Assembly: GCA_963530635.1 (NCBI GenBank)
Contig: CAUSEJ010000001.1
Coordinates: 38,216-102,215, forward strand
Length of the DNA: 64,000 nt
DNA from: an uncultured Candidatus Saccharibacteria bacterium
GTDB taxonomy: Bacteria > Patescibacteriota > Saccharimonadia > Saccharimonadales > Saccharimonadaceae
Direction: 5' to 3'
In this document: in pieces, positions 10,740 to 20,930 of the stretch
How the letters are laid out: each line of letters starts with the position of its first letter
How positions within the stretch are numbered: position 1 is the stretch's first letter
Notes under the pieces: model-generated
Database searches by the model: none
What the model was told of the DNA's origin: nothing
Seen by the model: only the letters and a program-made list of their open reading frames with translations
Program-made: the position numbers and the translations under genes

Positions 10740-12151
10740 ACGTCCTCCTCTGGCGTTACGTGCGGGTTATATAGTGTGTTGTATCCTTTACCACAGAGTG
10801 CAGCAGTTATCTGAGCACTGGTAAGCGGTGTATCTGGCGCAAGAGCGGCAAGTTTGGTACGCGCCACCACCACTGTTGGTGCGTCGATAGTACCAAGATT
10901 ATAGCGGGCTGTCAAGTAGATATGTTTGGTAAATGAGCGCCGACTGAGCTGCTGAAGCAGACCTACCACCGATGGCTGCAAAATCGACGACAAATTTGCA
11001 ATCACCTGCTGCTCATCAGTAATACGTGGTACCACTGCACCGATCATTGGGCGAGCAGCATCGGCAGCGAGGTGCTGCAGCGTGCTAGAAGGCAGCGCAT
11101 TATGCTGCGTGAGGCATATCATGTCGGCAGTAGTCGTCTCGAGCAGCTGACCAACAGTGGTCGACTCATCAAACGACTCGGTGTCAGTGCTATATGCTTG
11201 GCCTAAGATATAACTCATCTGCCACTGAGCACCATACTGCGGGTCGCGCTCTACCTGGGTCTGCACCTGGCGAGCGGCGCTATCCGCCTCGAGGGCGCGG
11301 CGCTGCGCATCGATGACGTAAGGCTTAGCATCAAGGTCTTTCGCTGTAGAGGCTTGGTGAACACGCCAATAGTAGAGGATCTGCGGCACATGAGCAATCT
11401 GCTCGGGCTGCAAAGCCCATGTCAGGCGCAAGAACAACTCCCAATCCTGCGTGCCATTATATGACCCATCTTCGCCGCCGACCTCTGTGAGTAATTGGCG
11501 CGACATGACGGCAAAGTGTGTAATGTAATTCACTGCGCGCAAAAAATCTTCGTTCCAGTCGGGCTTAAAGAACGGCTGATACGGCCGGCCATGTTCATCC
11601 ATCTTCGTCTCATCGGTGTAGACAAACTGCGCGCCAGTGCGGTCGATCGCGGCCGTAACCCACAGAAGTGCATCAGGGTGGAGAATATCATCATGGTCAA
11701 GCAGCGCAATGTATTCGCCCGTAGCCTGTGCGATGCCATAGTTGGTTGCACCAGCAATGTGACGGTTCCTGTCCAAAAAGAATGGCTTGAGCTGTGGTAT
11801 GTCCTCGGCTAAGTCACGGATCGCCTGACGAGTAGTCTCATTAGTCGAGGCATCGTCAACGAGGATGAGTTCCCAATGTGGGTACGACTGCGCCACCACC
11901 GACTGTACCATCTCTCGCAGAAATGGAATCGGCGTATTATACGTCGGTACGATAATGGAGATACGCGGCTGCTGAGCAAGCGAACTAAGTACTGGCGGCT
12001 GCTCAGTGTGCTGACGCTGCCATGCATCGTAGATGCGACGCTGGCGAGCATCAAGATAGGCCCGATACGGCGCTAGGAGGTAACGTACCGCGCGGTGGAG
12101 ATGGCGATTGGCTTTGATAAGGTGCGTCAAACGATGTAATATATACGACAT
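10736..12151 (-). CDS. Glycosyltransferase family 2
   Basis: ISIIVPTYNT, VDDAS, LLDHDD, QDWELFLR. Confidence 0.9.
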   Translation of the reverse strand: MSYILHRLTHLIKANRHLHRAVRYLLAPYRAYLDARQRRIYDAWQRQHTEQPPVLSSLAQQPRISIIVPTYNTPIPFLREMVQSVVAQSYPHWELILVDDASTNETTRQAIRDLAEDIPQLKPFFLDRNRHIAGATNYGIAQATGEYIALLDHDDILHPDALLWVTAAIDRTGAQFVYTDETKMDEHGRPYQPFFKPDWNEDFLRAVNYITHFAVMSRQLLTEVGGEDGSYNGTQDWELFLRLTWALQPEQIAHVPQILYYWRVHQASTAKDLDAKPYVIDAQRRALEADSAARQVQTQVERDPQYGAQWQMSYILGQAYSTDTESFDESTTVGQLLETTTADMICLTQHNALPSSTLQHLAADAARPMIGAVVPRITDEQQVIANLSSILQPSVVGLLQQLSRRSFTKHIYLTARYNLGTIDAPTVVVARTKLAALAPDTPLTSAQITAALCGKGYNTLYNPHVTPEEDV

Positions 12152-12157
12152 TTCTCC

Positions 12158-13318
12158 CTATTTCCAGGTATGCTTGAGCTTGGTAACACCACCCCACCGG
12201 CCATGATCATAATCACGTTGCACTGAGAAGTGCGGCCCCTCCTCAGTAAAGGCGATCGTCTTCGTGTCGTCCGCCCCCATCAAGCCAGCCTTGATGAAAT
12301 AACTCCCCTCGTTGAGGTTGAGCTGCACCGTGTAGGTCGCACGATTCTTGTCAGCAATCTTCACTTTTTCTTGGTACGTGTTAGGGCCATAGACATACTC
12401 ACCATTCTCACGGAAGATTGCCACGCCAACATGCTTGACCCCTGTTTGCTGCCACTCTAACTCCACCGTCATAGTTTCGTTATACTCATACACCGTCTGT
12501 TCGTTGCCATCACTGCCGCGCAGTGTAATGTCGAAATCGTCTGATATTTGCTCGTCTAGCCCTTCTGACTCGTTGTAACTCTTGATGTTGCTTCGGCTAT
12601 AGGCGGCGGCGATACGGTATGGCTTGCCGATCATCTTCACCTTCCCATCCTCGATAAACACTGCCTTGTTGCAAAAGCGCTCTACCGCCGACATATCGTG
12701 CGTGACGAGGATAACAGTGCGCTTTTCGCGCTTAAGCTTATCGAAGTAGGCGTAGCATTTCTTTTGGAAGGCTTCATCCCCCACTGCCAAAACTTCATCT
12801 AGCAGCAAGATATCGGCATGGGCACGAATGGCAATGGAGAAAGCCAGGCGCACCTGCATCCCACTGGAATAATTCTTGAGCCGCTCCTCCATAAAGTCAC
12901 CCAGCTCAGCAAAGTCGACGATTTTATCATACATTGCCTCCATCTCGTCATGACTAAAGCCCAGCAATGCACCGTTGAGAAAGACATTCTCGCGGCCAGT
13001 TAGCTCTGGGTTAAAGCCAACGCCCAGCTCGATGAACGGCACCAGCGAGCCACCCACCTCGACACTTCCGCTATTGGGGGTGTAGATACCAGCAATCGTC
13101 TTGAGCAGTGTGCTCTTGCCTGAGCCATTGCGCCCAACAATACCAAAGAAATCGCCTTCGTTGATGGTGAAGTCGATATCCTTAAGCGGAGTAAAGACCC
13201 GATACCCTTTGCGCCCCTTGAGGAGGTTAATGAGCTTTTGCTTGATGCCCGAACTCGCCTCCAGCGGGATCTTGAAGGACTTCGTGAGGTTATTGATAAC
13301 AACGATTGGTTGCGCCAT
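12158..13318 (-). CDS. wzt: Polysaccharide ABC exporter ATPase with C-terminal carbohydrate-binding domain
   Basis: GRNGSGKS, YSSGMQVRLAF, LLDEVLAVGD, C-terminal beta-rich extension. Confidence 0.9.
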   Translation of the reverse strand: MAQPIVVINNLTKSFKIPLEASSGIKQKLINLLKGRKGYRVFTPLKDIDFTINEGDFFGIVGRNGSGKSTLLKTIAGIYTPNSGSVEVGGSLVPFIELGVGFNPELTGRENVFLNGALLGFSHDEMEAMYDKIVDFAELGDFMEERLKNYSSGMQVRLAFSIAIRAHADILLLDEVLAVGDEAFQKKCYAYFDKLKREKRTVILVTHDMSAVERFCNKAVFIEDGKVKMIGKPYRIAAAYSRSNIKSYNESEGLDEQISDDFDITLRGSDGNEQTVYEYNETMTVELEWQQTGVKHVGVAIFRENGEYVYGPNTYQEKVKIADKNRATYTVQLNLNEGSYFIKAGLMGADDTKTIAFTEEGPHFSVQRDYDHGRWGGVTKLKHTWK

Positions 13319-14128
13319 CTAGATACTCTCCGCAAAATACTGTTGGTTGCGCCGGAAATAAAACACCGCCAACAGAATGATAATGATAATCGAAATAAAT
13401 GGAATGAGCACCCACGGGAAGGAAACAAGATCGTAGAGCTGGATAGTCTGGGGTGTTACGAGCACTTGGCGGACGTCTTGGATGATCTGGGCGGCTGGGT
13501 TGAGCATAAGATATGGCGCAGCAGCTGGCATGCGCTCCATTACCATCTGCAAAGGATAAATAACCGGCGTGGCATAGAAGGCAGCCTGCATAAAGATCTC
13601 CCATAGATAGCCAATATCGCGGTATTTCACATTGATCGTCGCAAGGAAAAATGCCACCGCCAAGGAAAGTACATAGAGTTCGAGGATGAGTGGAATAACT
13701 AGCAACCCCTCAAGCGACCACTGTACGCCATTAACCAAACAAAAACCCAAAATCACCACCATATTGATGGCAAGGTTAATAAAGGCCGAGATAGTACCAG
13801 AGATAACAATGATATATTTGGGGAAGTTGATCTTGCGGATAAGGTCGCCGCGCGAGACGATCGACTGCAGCCCTTGCACCGTCGCCTCACTAAAGAAGTT
13901 CCATAGCACAATTCCCACTAAAAGATACACCGGATAGTGCTCGACTTGCTTACCAAGGCCGAGGAATTTATCGAACACGATATACAAAATAATAAACAAA
14001 AATATCGGCTTGAGGATTGACCACAAATAGCCCAGCACCGAGCCCTGGTAGCGCAGCTTGAAGTCCGTTACGATCAACTCGCGCAGCAAGATGCGGTTTT
14101 TTCGTTGCAAAAGATTTGTTACTTTCAT
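13319..14128 (-). CDS. wzm: Polysaccharide ABC exporter permease
   Basis: DFKLRYQGSVLGYLWSILKP, YATPVIYP, LNP; adjacent to wzt; start moved to MKVT. Confidence 0.9.
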   Translation of the reverse strand: MKVTNLLQRKNRILLRELIVTDFKLRYQGSVLGYLWSILKPIFLFIILYIVFDKFLGLGKQVEHYPVYLLVGIVLWNFFSEATVQGLQSIVSRGDLIRKINFPKYIIVISGTISAFINLAINMVVILGFCLVNGVQWSLEGLLVIPLILELYVLSLAVAFFLATINVKYRDIGYLWEIFMQAAFYATPVIYPLQMVMERMPAAAPYLMLNPAAQIIQDVRQVLVTPQTIQLYDLVSFPWVLIPFISIIIIILLAVFYFRRNQQYFAESI

Positions 14129-14151
14129 AGTTTCTCTGGCCATTATATAAT

Positions 14152-15177
14152 ATGACCGTGGTAAAAAACAATCTTGCAATCATAGTTCTTAACTGGAACG
14201 GCGCCGATGATGCCCTAGAATGCATCGATTCGTTGGCGCAGCAGACGCTAGTGCCGACCATTATTGTAGTCGATAACGACTCGCATGATGACTCGGTGGC
14301 ACGCTTCCGCTCATATCAAGCTAAGCACCCCGCGCTCAGTCTCGTCATCATTGAGAATCAGCGCAACCTCGGCTTCGCCGGTGGTATTAACACAGGCCTG
14401 CGCTACGCACAGAAGCAGCAATTTCGCTTTGTTGGCGTGCTTAACCCCGACGCAGTTGCTAACACACACTGGTGCCAAGCCTTGGTGGATGAGCTACGAG
14501 CTCATCCGCACTGTGGTATTGCCACTGGACTACTCGCTCGCCGCGATGGGACGACTATTGATAGCTCGGGCGACTTCTATACCACCTGGGGTTTACCTGG
14601 CCCGCGCCACCGTGATGAGCCAATTAGCCATGCGCCAACAGAGGCCGGAGCAGTGTTTGGTGCAACGGGTGGTGGAGCAGTGTATCGCACGGCACTGTTC
14701 GACACTGTTGACCTTTTTGACGAAGCATTCTTCATGTACTACGAAGACGTCGATCTCAGCTTTCGCACGCAGCTAGCAGGCTGGACAGTGCGCTTCACAC
14801 CGCACGCCGTCGCATACCACAAGGTTGGTGCCAGCAGTAGCAAAGTCCCAGGGCTCGCGGTATACAATACCTTTAAGAACTTGCCGCTTATTTTTATCAA
14901 GAATGTGCCGGGGCGGCTATTTTGGTCGATTGGGGCGCGCTTTTGCCTCACCTATTGGCTGATATTCTTTAGTGCACTGCGCCATGGCAATGGTTGGCCA
15001 GCACTGCGTGGTATGCTCGCCTCTGTTATTCGCCAGCCAATGGCCTATCGCCAACGCTTTGCTATCCAGCGGCAGCGCAACGTATCGGTCGATTATATCC
15101 GTAGTATTATCCACAACGGCCCATTACCCAACCAGACAGGTCTACTCAAATTCCGGAAGTTTTTTACCGGTAAATAG
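14152..15177 (+). CDS. Glycosyltransferase family 2 (rhamnosyltransferase-like)
   Basis: IIVLNWNG, VVDNDS, NLGFAGG, LNPD, FMYYEDVD; real start may be GTG at 14158. Confidence 0.9.
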   Translation: MTVVKNNLAIIVLNWNGADDALECIDSLAQQTLVPTIIVVDNDSHDDSVARFRSYQAKHPALSLVIIENQRNLGFAGGINTGLRYAQKQQFRFVGVLNPDAVANTHWCQALVDELRAHPHCGIATGLLARRDGTTIDSSGDFYTTWGLPGPRHRDEPISHAPTEAGAVFGATGGGAVYRTALFDTVDLFDEAFFMYYEDVDLSFRTQLAGWTVRFTPHAVAYHKVGASSSKVPGLAVYNTFKNLPLIFIKNVPGRLFWSIGARFCLTYWLIFFSALRHGNGWPALRGMLASVIRQPMAYRQRFAIQRQRNVSVDYIRSIIHNGPLPNQTGLLKFRKFFTGK

Positions 15178-15444
15178 CTCGGCTTGAGATGACAGGTCAG
15201 TCCAAAGAAGCGAATTTTAAAGACCGGCTTTCGCATGATAACTGTACAAGAAAATATATGGAGGCCAGTAACCCAGCAAGCGGAAAAGCACTATATAAGA
15301 GTCTGGCCGGAACATTTTCGGTACAGTTATCGTGCGAAAGAAGTACACCATATTCTATTTGTATGCAATTAATCTACTCCGCCTTACCCCTGTTACGCGT
15401 GCAATCATTTTGCATATTCGCCATCTATGCGTACAATAATACCT

Positions 15445-16494
15445 ATGCGTCTTCTTGAATACCAAGCCAAGCAATGCTTGGCTGAGGCTGGAGTGGCAGT
15501 ACCGCAGAGTGATGTTGTACAATCTGCAACAGTAGTACCCACTGCCCCTATCGTCCTCAAATCACAAGTTCCGATCGGTGGCCGCGGCAAGGCAGGTGGC
15601 GTGGTGATTGTCCGCGAGCAATCCGCTGTTACGCCAACCATTCAGCGTCTCTTTGCTCTCGATATCGGTGGCTACACCCCCACGAAGCTTCTTGCCGAGG
15701 AAGTTCTCTCTATCGCCCGCGAGTGTTACATTTCGCTTACTATTAACCGTGAGCAATCATCCATCGAGCTACTCGCCCACACCAGTGGTGGCATTGATGT
15801 GGAAGAACACGATCGTGCAGCGTTCTTTCGCCAGGCTATTACGCCACAAACAGTTCATACTGTAGCCGAAGCACTAGCGGAGTATTTGTCGCTGCCAGAG
15901 CAAGCCTTTGCGCTTGAGGATATGATGGCGAATTGTTTGCGTTGCTTTATTGACAACGATTGTCTCTTACTCGAAATTAACCCACTCGTTGTGACGACAG
16001 ATGGCCAGCTCATCGCTGGTGATGCAAAGATGACGATTGACGATGCGGCGCTGTTTCGCCACCCGCAGTGGCACGAAGCAGCCCTAGAAGATCATAATTT
16101 TGTCACGCTCGACCATAATGGGACGGTTGCGACGATTGCCAACGGTGCAGGCCTGGCAATGGCAACTGTCGATGCGGTGACTGCCCGCGGTGTGCAGCCA
16201 GCTAATTTTCTTGACATTGGTGGCACAGCAACTCCAGAGAAGATCCTGGCTAGTTTTAAGCAGATTACCCGCTTCCCTGCCGTGGCGCTCATCATTATTA
16301 ATATCTTTGGTGGTATTGTACGCTGCGACGACGTAGCGGCGGCCATTATCAGTGCCAAGCAGCAGCTACCTGACCTCCCGCCACTCGCTGTCCGCCTAAC
16401 AGGTAATCGCGAGGCCGAAGCCAAGACGCTCCTTGCCCGCGAACACATTCCACTCTACGATAATCTCTCTCACATCCTGGAGGAGGCCGTATGA
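15445..16494 (+). CDS. sucC: Succinyl-CoA synthetase-family beta subunit
   Basis: MRLLEYQAK, KSQVPIGGRGKAGGV, LLEINPL, NGAGLAMATVD, PANFLDIGG, NIFGGIVRCD. Confidence 0.9.
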   Translation: MRLLEYQAKQCLAEAGVAVPQSDVVQSATVVPTAPIVLKSQVPIGGRGKAGGVVIVREQSAVTPTIQRLFALDIGGYTPTKLLAEEVLSIARECYISLTINREQSSIELLAHTSGGIDVEEHDRAAFFRQAITPQTVHTVAEALAEYLSLPEQAFALEDMMANCLRCFIDNDCLLLEINPLVVTTDGQLIAGDAKMTIDDAALFRHPQWHEAALEDHNFVTLDHNGTVATIANGAGLAMATVDAVTARGVQPANFLDIGGTATPEKILASFKQITRFPAVALIIINIFGGIVRCDDVAAAIISAKQQLPDLPPLAVRLTGNREAEAKTLLAREHIPLYDNLSHILEEAV

Positions 16495-17363
16495 TGACCC
16501 CTGATATCTTTCATGGTAAGCATGTTATTGTCCAGGGTATAACTGGCAAACATGGCTCATTTCATACCGAGCGTATGTTGGCAAGTGGTACACATATCGT
16601 TGGCGGCACGTCACCCAACCAATCGGTTACAGAGGTGCACGGCGTGCCTGTCTTCCGGACGATTCGCGAAATTCAGGCGCAGCAGCCTGTCGATATTTCC
16701 GTCATTTTTGTGCCAGCAGCCTATGCCAAAGCAGCGATTATGGAAGCAATTGATGCAGAGGTGCCACTTATTATTTGCATTACCGAGGGTGTGCCTGTCC
16801 ACGATATGTTGCATATAAAACAACGCCTGGCAACCGGTTCTTCGATTTTGATTGGCCCCAACTGCCCTGGCGTCCTCATTCCTGGTGTGCACAACCTCGG
16901 CATCATCCCTGCTGCGCTCGCCACGCCGGGCCACACTGCCATCGTTAGCCGTAGCGGCACTCTCACCTACGAAGCAATGAGCCTCCTTACCCAGGCGGGG
17001 ATTGGCCAGCGCTATGTGATTGGGATTGGCGGCGATATGATTGGTGGCAGCAGCTTTATTGATTGCTTGCAATTGTTTGAACAGGATGCGGCGGTAGAGC
17101 AGATTGTGCTGATCGGTGAGATTGGTGGCACGAGCGAGATTGCCGCAGCAGATTATATTAAGCACAATATAAGCAAACCCGTCTATGCTTACATTGCGGG
17201 CCACAGTGCACCGCCTGGGGTGCAGATGGGCCATGCTGGGGCGATCCTTGGCACAAACAAGCTGGAGTCGGCCCAGGCCAAAACGGCACGGCTCGAGGCC
17301 AGTGGCGCAGTGGTGGCATCGTCCATCCAGTCGCTCATCGCGCTCATACCAACCAATAAGTGA
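16491..17363 (+). CDS. sucD: Succinyl-CoA synthetase-family alpha subunit
   Basis: VQGITGKHG, CITEGVP, IGPNCPG, SRSGTLTYE, phospho-His motif MGHAGA. Confidence 0.92.
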   Translation: MMTPDIFHGKHVIVQGITGKHGSFHTERMLASGTHIVGGTSPNQSVTEVHGVPVFRTIREIQAQQPVDISVIFVPAAYAKAAIMEAIDAEVPLIICITEGVPVHDMLHIKQRLATGSSILIGPNCPGVLIPGVHNLGIIPAALATPGHTAIVSRSGTLTYEAMSLLTQAGIGQRYVIGIGGDMIGGSSFIDCLQLFEQDAAVEQIVLIGEIGGTSEIAAADYIKHNISKPVYAYIAGHSAPPGVQMGHAGAILGTNKLESAQAKTARLEASGAVVASSIQSLIALIPTNK

Positions 17364-17378
17364 TACAATAAGGCTACG

Positions 17379-18326
17379 ATGAAAACAATCACCATTCTTA
17401 TCCCTGCCTACAACGAAGCAGCTGTCTTGCCACAGCTGTTTGCCCGGCTCGAGGCGCTGCAGCGCAGTGTTGACCGCCGGCACTACCAGTTCGAATTCTT
17501 ATTTATTAATGATGGCAGCCAGGATCACACGCTCGAGCTCATTCAGATCGAGCAGCAACACAATCCCGCCATTGCCTACCTCAATCTCTCGCGCAACTTT
17601 GGCAAAGAAGCTGCTATGCTCGCTGGCTTCGACCACGCCGCGAGTGATGCTGTCGTGGTAATTGATGCCGACCTGCAAGACCCACCAGAGCTGATCCCGC
17701 AGATGATCGAGCTGTGGGAACAGGGGTACGATGACGTATATGCGCGGCGCCGAAGCCGCTCAGGCGAGACCTGGCTCAAGAAAAAAACTGCCGCTTGGTA
17801 CTACCGTCTCCTCCAGAGTACAACGCATATACCCGTCCAGATCGACACAGGTGACTTCCGCTTACTGAGCAAGCGCTGCGTCACTGCCATCACCCAGCTG
17901 CGCGAATCTCAGCGCAATACCAAAGCGATCTTTAGTTGGGTGGGGTATAAAAAGAAGGAGATTCTCTACGACCGCGACCCACGAGCTGCTGGCACCATCA
18001 AGCAAAGTCCACGCACACTCATCAATCTCGCCATCGATGGCATCACGAGCTTTACGACCGCGCCACTGCGTATCTCGGCTGTGCTAGGATTCCTCATCGC
18101 CTTCTTGGCCTCTATCTATATCCTCTATCTGCTCATTCGACCGCTGTTCGGTGTGCCAACTGGTGCAGGCTATTCGTCGCTCATGGCAGTGATTCTCTTC
18201 CTTGGTGGAGTGCAACTGCTGAGTTTGGGGGTGATTGGCGAATACATCGCCCGGATTTTTAGCGAAACGAAGCAGCGCCCACCTTATCTCGTCGAGGAAC
18301 ATCGTGAGGCTCGTCATCGCAAATAA
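17379..18326 (+). CDS. Polyprenyl-phosphate glycosyltransferase, GtrB-like GT2
   Basis: IPAYNE, LSRNFGKEAA, IDADLQDPP, TGDFRL, two C-terminal TMs, GEYIARI. Confidence 0.9.
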   Translation: MKTITILIPAYNEAAVLPQLFARLEALQRSVDRRHYQFEFLFINDGSQDHTLELIQIEQQHNPAIAYLNLSRNFGKEAAMLAGFDHAASDAVVVIDADLQDPPELIPQMIELWEQGYDDVYARRRSRSGETWLKKKTAAWYYRLLQSTTHIPVQIDTGDFRLLSKRCVTAITQLRESQRNTKAIFSWVGYKKKEILYDRDPRAAGTIKQSPRTLINLAIDGITSFTTAPLRISAVLGFLIAFLASIYILYLLIRPLFGVPTGAGYSSLMAVILFLGGVQLLSLGVIGEYIARIFSETKQRPPYLVEEHREARHRK

Positions 18327-18726
18327 CAGCGGTAAGTTGCTGCGGTTTGCGCTGGTTGGTGGAATTAATACAGCGATCGATATTGGCTTGCTCTTTGGGC
18401 TCACCACACTTGGCCTGCCAAAGCTCGCGGCTAATACGGTGTCAACGGGTCTGGCCTTTATTTTTAGTTTTTTTGCTAATAAGTCGTATACTTTTCGCGC
18501 TCAGGGTGATGTGCAGCGGCAGCTGATCTTGTTTGTCATCATCACCCTGGCAGGCTTGTGGGGGCTGCAAAATGCGGTTATTTTCTGCATCTCGCCCATC
18601 CTGACCTCTGTTATCAATGCTGAGCCGCTTGTGTTGCTGCTTGCAAAAATCATTGCTACTGGTGCATCGCTGGTGTGGAATTATTATTTGTACGATCGTG
18701 TTGTTTTTCGAACAACAGAGAGATAA
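18304..18726 (+). CDS. GtrA-family flippase
   Basis: RFALVGGINTAID, FFANKSYTF, WNYYLYDRVVF; about 4 TMs; probable GTG start at 18304. Confidence 0.85.
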   Translation: MRLVIANNSGKLLRFALVGGINTAIDIGLLFGLTTLGLPKLAANTVSTGLAFIFSFFANKSYTFRAQGDVQRQLILFVIITLAGLWGLQNAVIFCISPILTSVINAEPLVLLLAKIIATGASLVWNYYLYDRVVFRTTER

Positions 18727-18918
18727 GACTTTTATTTTAAAAATTTTAGCAATACAGCATAGCTACACTAGGTTGTATTCGATCCTCAAGAATATCAATA
18801 TCACGTACGCTTTAATCTATGACATCAATAATACCCAATCAGACAAAGTGTAAGCCGTTGTTTGTTTAAAAACCGGCCCATCCAGCAGTCGCAAACTCAC
18901 TATATGGTTATTAAGCAA

Positions 18919-19440
18919 CTATTGACGTTGGTAGTCATCTGCCACTCGCACAATATCATCCTCTGTAGATGGGTGCGTTGGGTCGGTGTGTTGCCAGAGC
19001 TCAGCAATGATCGTTGGGTGCTGGGCGTCACCACAGGCACGGTGGCGCTCCCCTGCCGCCAACCTTACGATATCGCCTGCCTGAGCTGGTATTGGCTGGG
19101 CTGGTAGCTCATCACTCATGTTGCAATAGTATGCACCAGCGGTCAGAAACCGCCACAGCTCCGCCCGCCGATGATGATATTGCCAGCTGAGGCGCGCCCC
19201 TGGCCGGACAAAGAGAATCTTAGGGCTGAGCGGTGCATCGGCTTCATCCTTGGTTTCTACCCCCGAGGCCGCAAAGAAATCCGCCGCAAACTGCCCTGCC
19301 TGTGCCGGATCAATACAAACAAACCCACCCCATGGCCGCTGGCTATCTGTCCCAGTGATATGGTAGCCGGCCTGGCGGAGAACGTGCTCGATTTGCGCCA
19401 CGCTTGTCTGAGCTGCTATGTGTTGCTGTAGTTCCGTCAT
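18919..19440 (-). CDS. Cupin, mannose-6-phosphate isomerase-like
   Basis: RPWGGF, PGARLSWQYHHRRAELW, GERHR, EDDIVRVADDY. Confidence 0.8.
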   Translation of the reverse strand: MTELQQHIAAQTSVAQIEHVLRQAGYHITGTDSQRPWGGFVCIDPAQAGQFAADFFAASGVETKDEADAPLSPKILFVRPGARLSWQYHHRRAELWRFLTAGAYYCNMSDELPAQPIPAQAGDIVRLAAGERHRACGDAQHPTIIAELWQHTDPTHPSTEDDIVRVADDYQRQ

Positions 19441-19556
19441 ATTATTTGTAATATGGGTATTATAACACTTTTATACAGAGTTGGGTTATTATTATCCGCC
19501 TTGACACATCCTCGCTCATCTGGCGCTTTCGGTACAAGAGCTGTATACTAGAAAGT

Positions 19557-20660
19557 ATGAGTTTTCATATTGCAATCGACGCCCGCGTGATCAATTCTGG
19601 CACGGGCACGTACGTCGTGAAGCTGCTTGAGCAGCTGGAGCGGCTTGATACAACCAACCGTTATAGCATCCTTGTCCCCACCAAGGATCGCGACTATTGG
19701 CAGCCACACAACCCCAACTTCACTATCCGCACGGTCGACTTTGCTAATTATTCGCTGGCAGAGCAACTTGGCTTCCGGCGCTACCTAGATGAGCTAGGGC
19801 CGGACTTAGTACATTTTTGCATGCCGCAGCAACCGGTCTTTTACAGAGGTAAACACGTCACAACGGTGCACGATATGACCCTCCTCAAGACGTATAATTC
19901 TGACAAAAATTGGCTGGTGTTTCATCTCAAGCAATTGGTGGGGCGCTGGGTGTTTCGGCGGATTGCCCGCACCAGCGAACACATCATCGCCATCTCCCAG
20001 ACGACCAAGCAAGAATATCAGAACTTTACTAAGATCCCCGATAGCAAAATCTCGGTCATCTACGAGGCGGGCGAGGTACACCCTGGGCAGCTCACGCCGT
20101 ATATTGACCTCCCCTTCAAGCGGTTCATTATCTACGTTGGGCAGCAGCCTGATTATAAAAATCTGCGTCGCCTCGCGGCCGCACATCAGCAGCTGCTAAG
20201 CCGCTGGCCCGACCTTGGCCTGGTGTTTGTGGGGCGAATGAACGAAGACACTAAGCGCAACCAAGCCTACTACCAGCAGCAGGGCTACCGCAATATCCAC
20301 TTCACCGGGTTCATCCCTGATGGGCAGCGCGATTGGCTGCTTAACAAAGCCGAGGCGTATGTCTTTCCGTCCCTCATGGAAGGGTTTGGCCTGCCACCAC
20401 TCGAGACGATGGCGTATGGCACGACCCCTGTTATATCGAGCAATACCTCGTGCATGCCCGAGATTTTGGGCGATGCTGCCGAGTACTTCGACCCACTCGA
20501 CGTCGATGCCATTGCGAGCGCAATCGACCGCGTCCTCAGCCAGCCAGCTCGCCGTCGCGAGCTCATCGTCAAAGGCAAAGCCCAAGCTGCCCGCTACTCG
20601 TGGGAGCGCTGCGGCAAGGAAACGTTGGCGGTGTATGAGCGAGCGCTGCAGCAATCATAA
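19557..20660 (+). CDS. Glycosyltransferase family 4
   Basis: IAIDAR, TTVHD, FPSLMEGFGLPPLE. Confidence 0.9.
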   Translation: MSFHIAIDARVINSGTGTYVVKLLEQLERLDTTNRYSILVPTKDRDYWQPHNPNFTIRTVDFANYSLAEQLGFRRYLDELGPDLVHFCMPQQPVFYRGKHVTTVHDMTLLKTYNSDKNWLVFHLKQLVGRWVFRRIARTSEHIIAISQTTKQEYQNFTKIPDSKISVIYEAGEVHPGQLTPYIDLPFKRFIIYVGQQPDYKNLRRLAAAHQQLLSRWPDLGLVFVGRMNEDTKRNQAYYQQQGYRNIHFTGFIPDGQRDWLLNKAEAYVFPSLMEGFGLPPLETMAYGTTPVISSNTSCMPEILGDAAEYFDPLDVDAIASAIDRVLSQPARRRELIVKGKAQAARYSWERCGKETLAVYERALQQS

Positions 20661-20882
20661 TCAGTTTATTTATAGCCAATCTAAGTGATGATTGTGGTAT
20701 CAGAACATAAAGTCTCACCCACCTTGGTGTGAGTCTATTCTCTCTTGCCTTATATAGGTGTAGTGTCATTTTATAATAATACTTTGCTTCTTCTCTGCAT
20801 CGCATACTATCAAAAAACGGTGGAATGGCACAAGAATTAGCACGCCACTATAAAGTAGATATTTAGTAGTAGTATTGCAAAA

Positions 20883-20908
20883 ATAACCGGCCATCACTGA
20901 CCGGTTAT
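20883..20908. terminator. Hairpin downstream of jag
   Basis: ATAACCGG...CCGGTTAT inverted repeat. Confidence 0.5.
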
Positions 20909-20930
20909 AAGATATATCATAGCGTAGCTT

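Noticed and set aside
16611..17483. 290-aa minus-strand ORF
   Set aside because: Antisense shadow of sucD with no recognisable motifs
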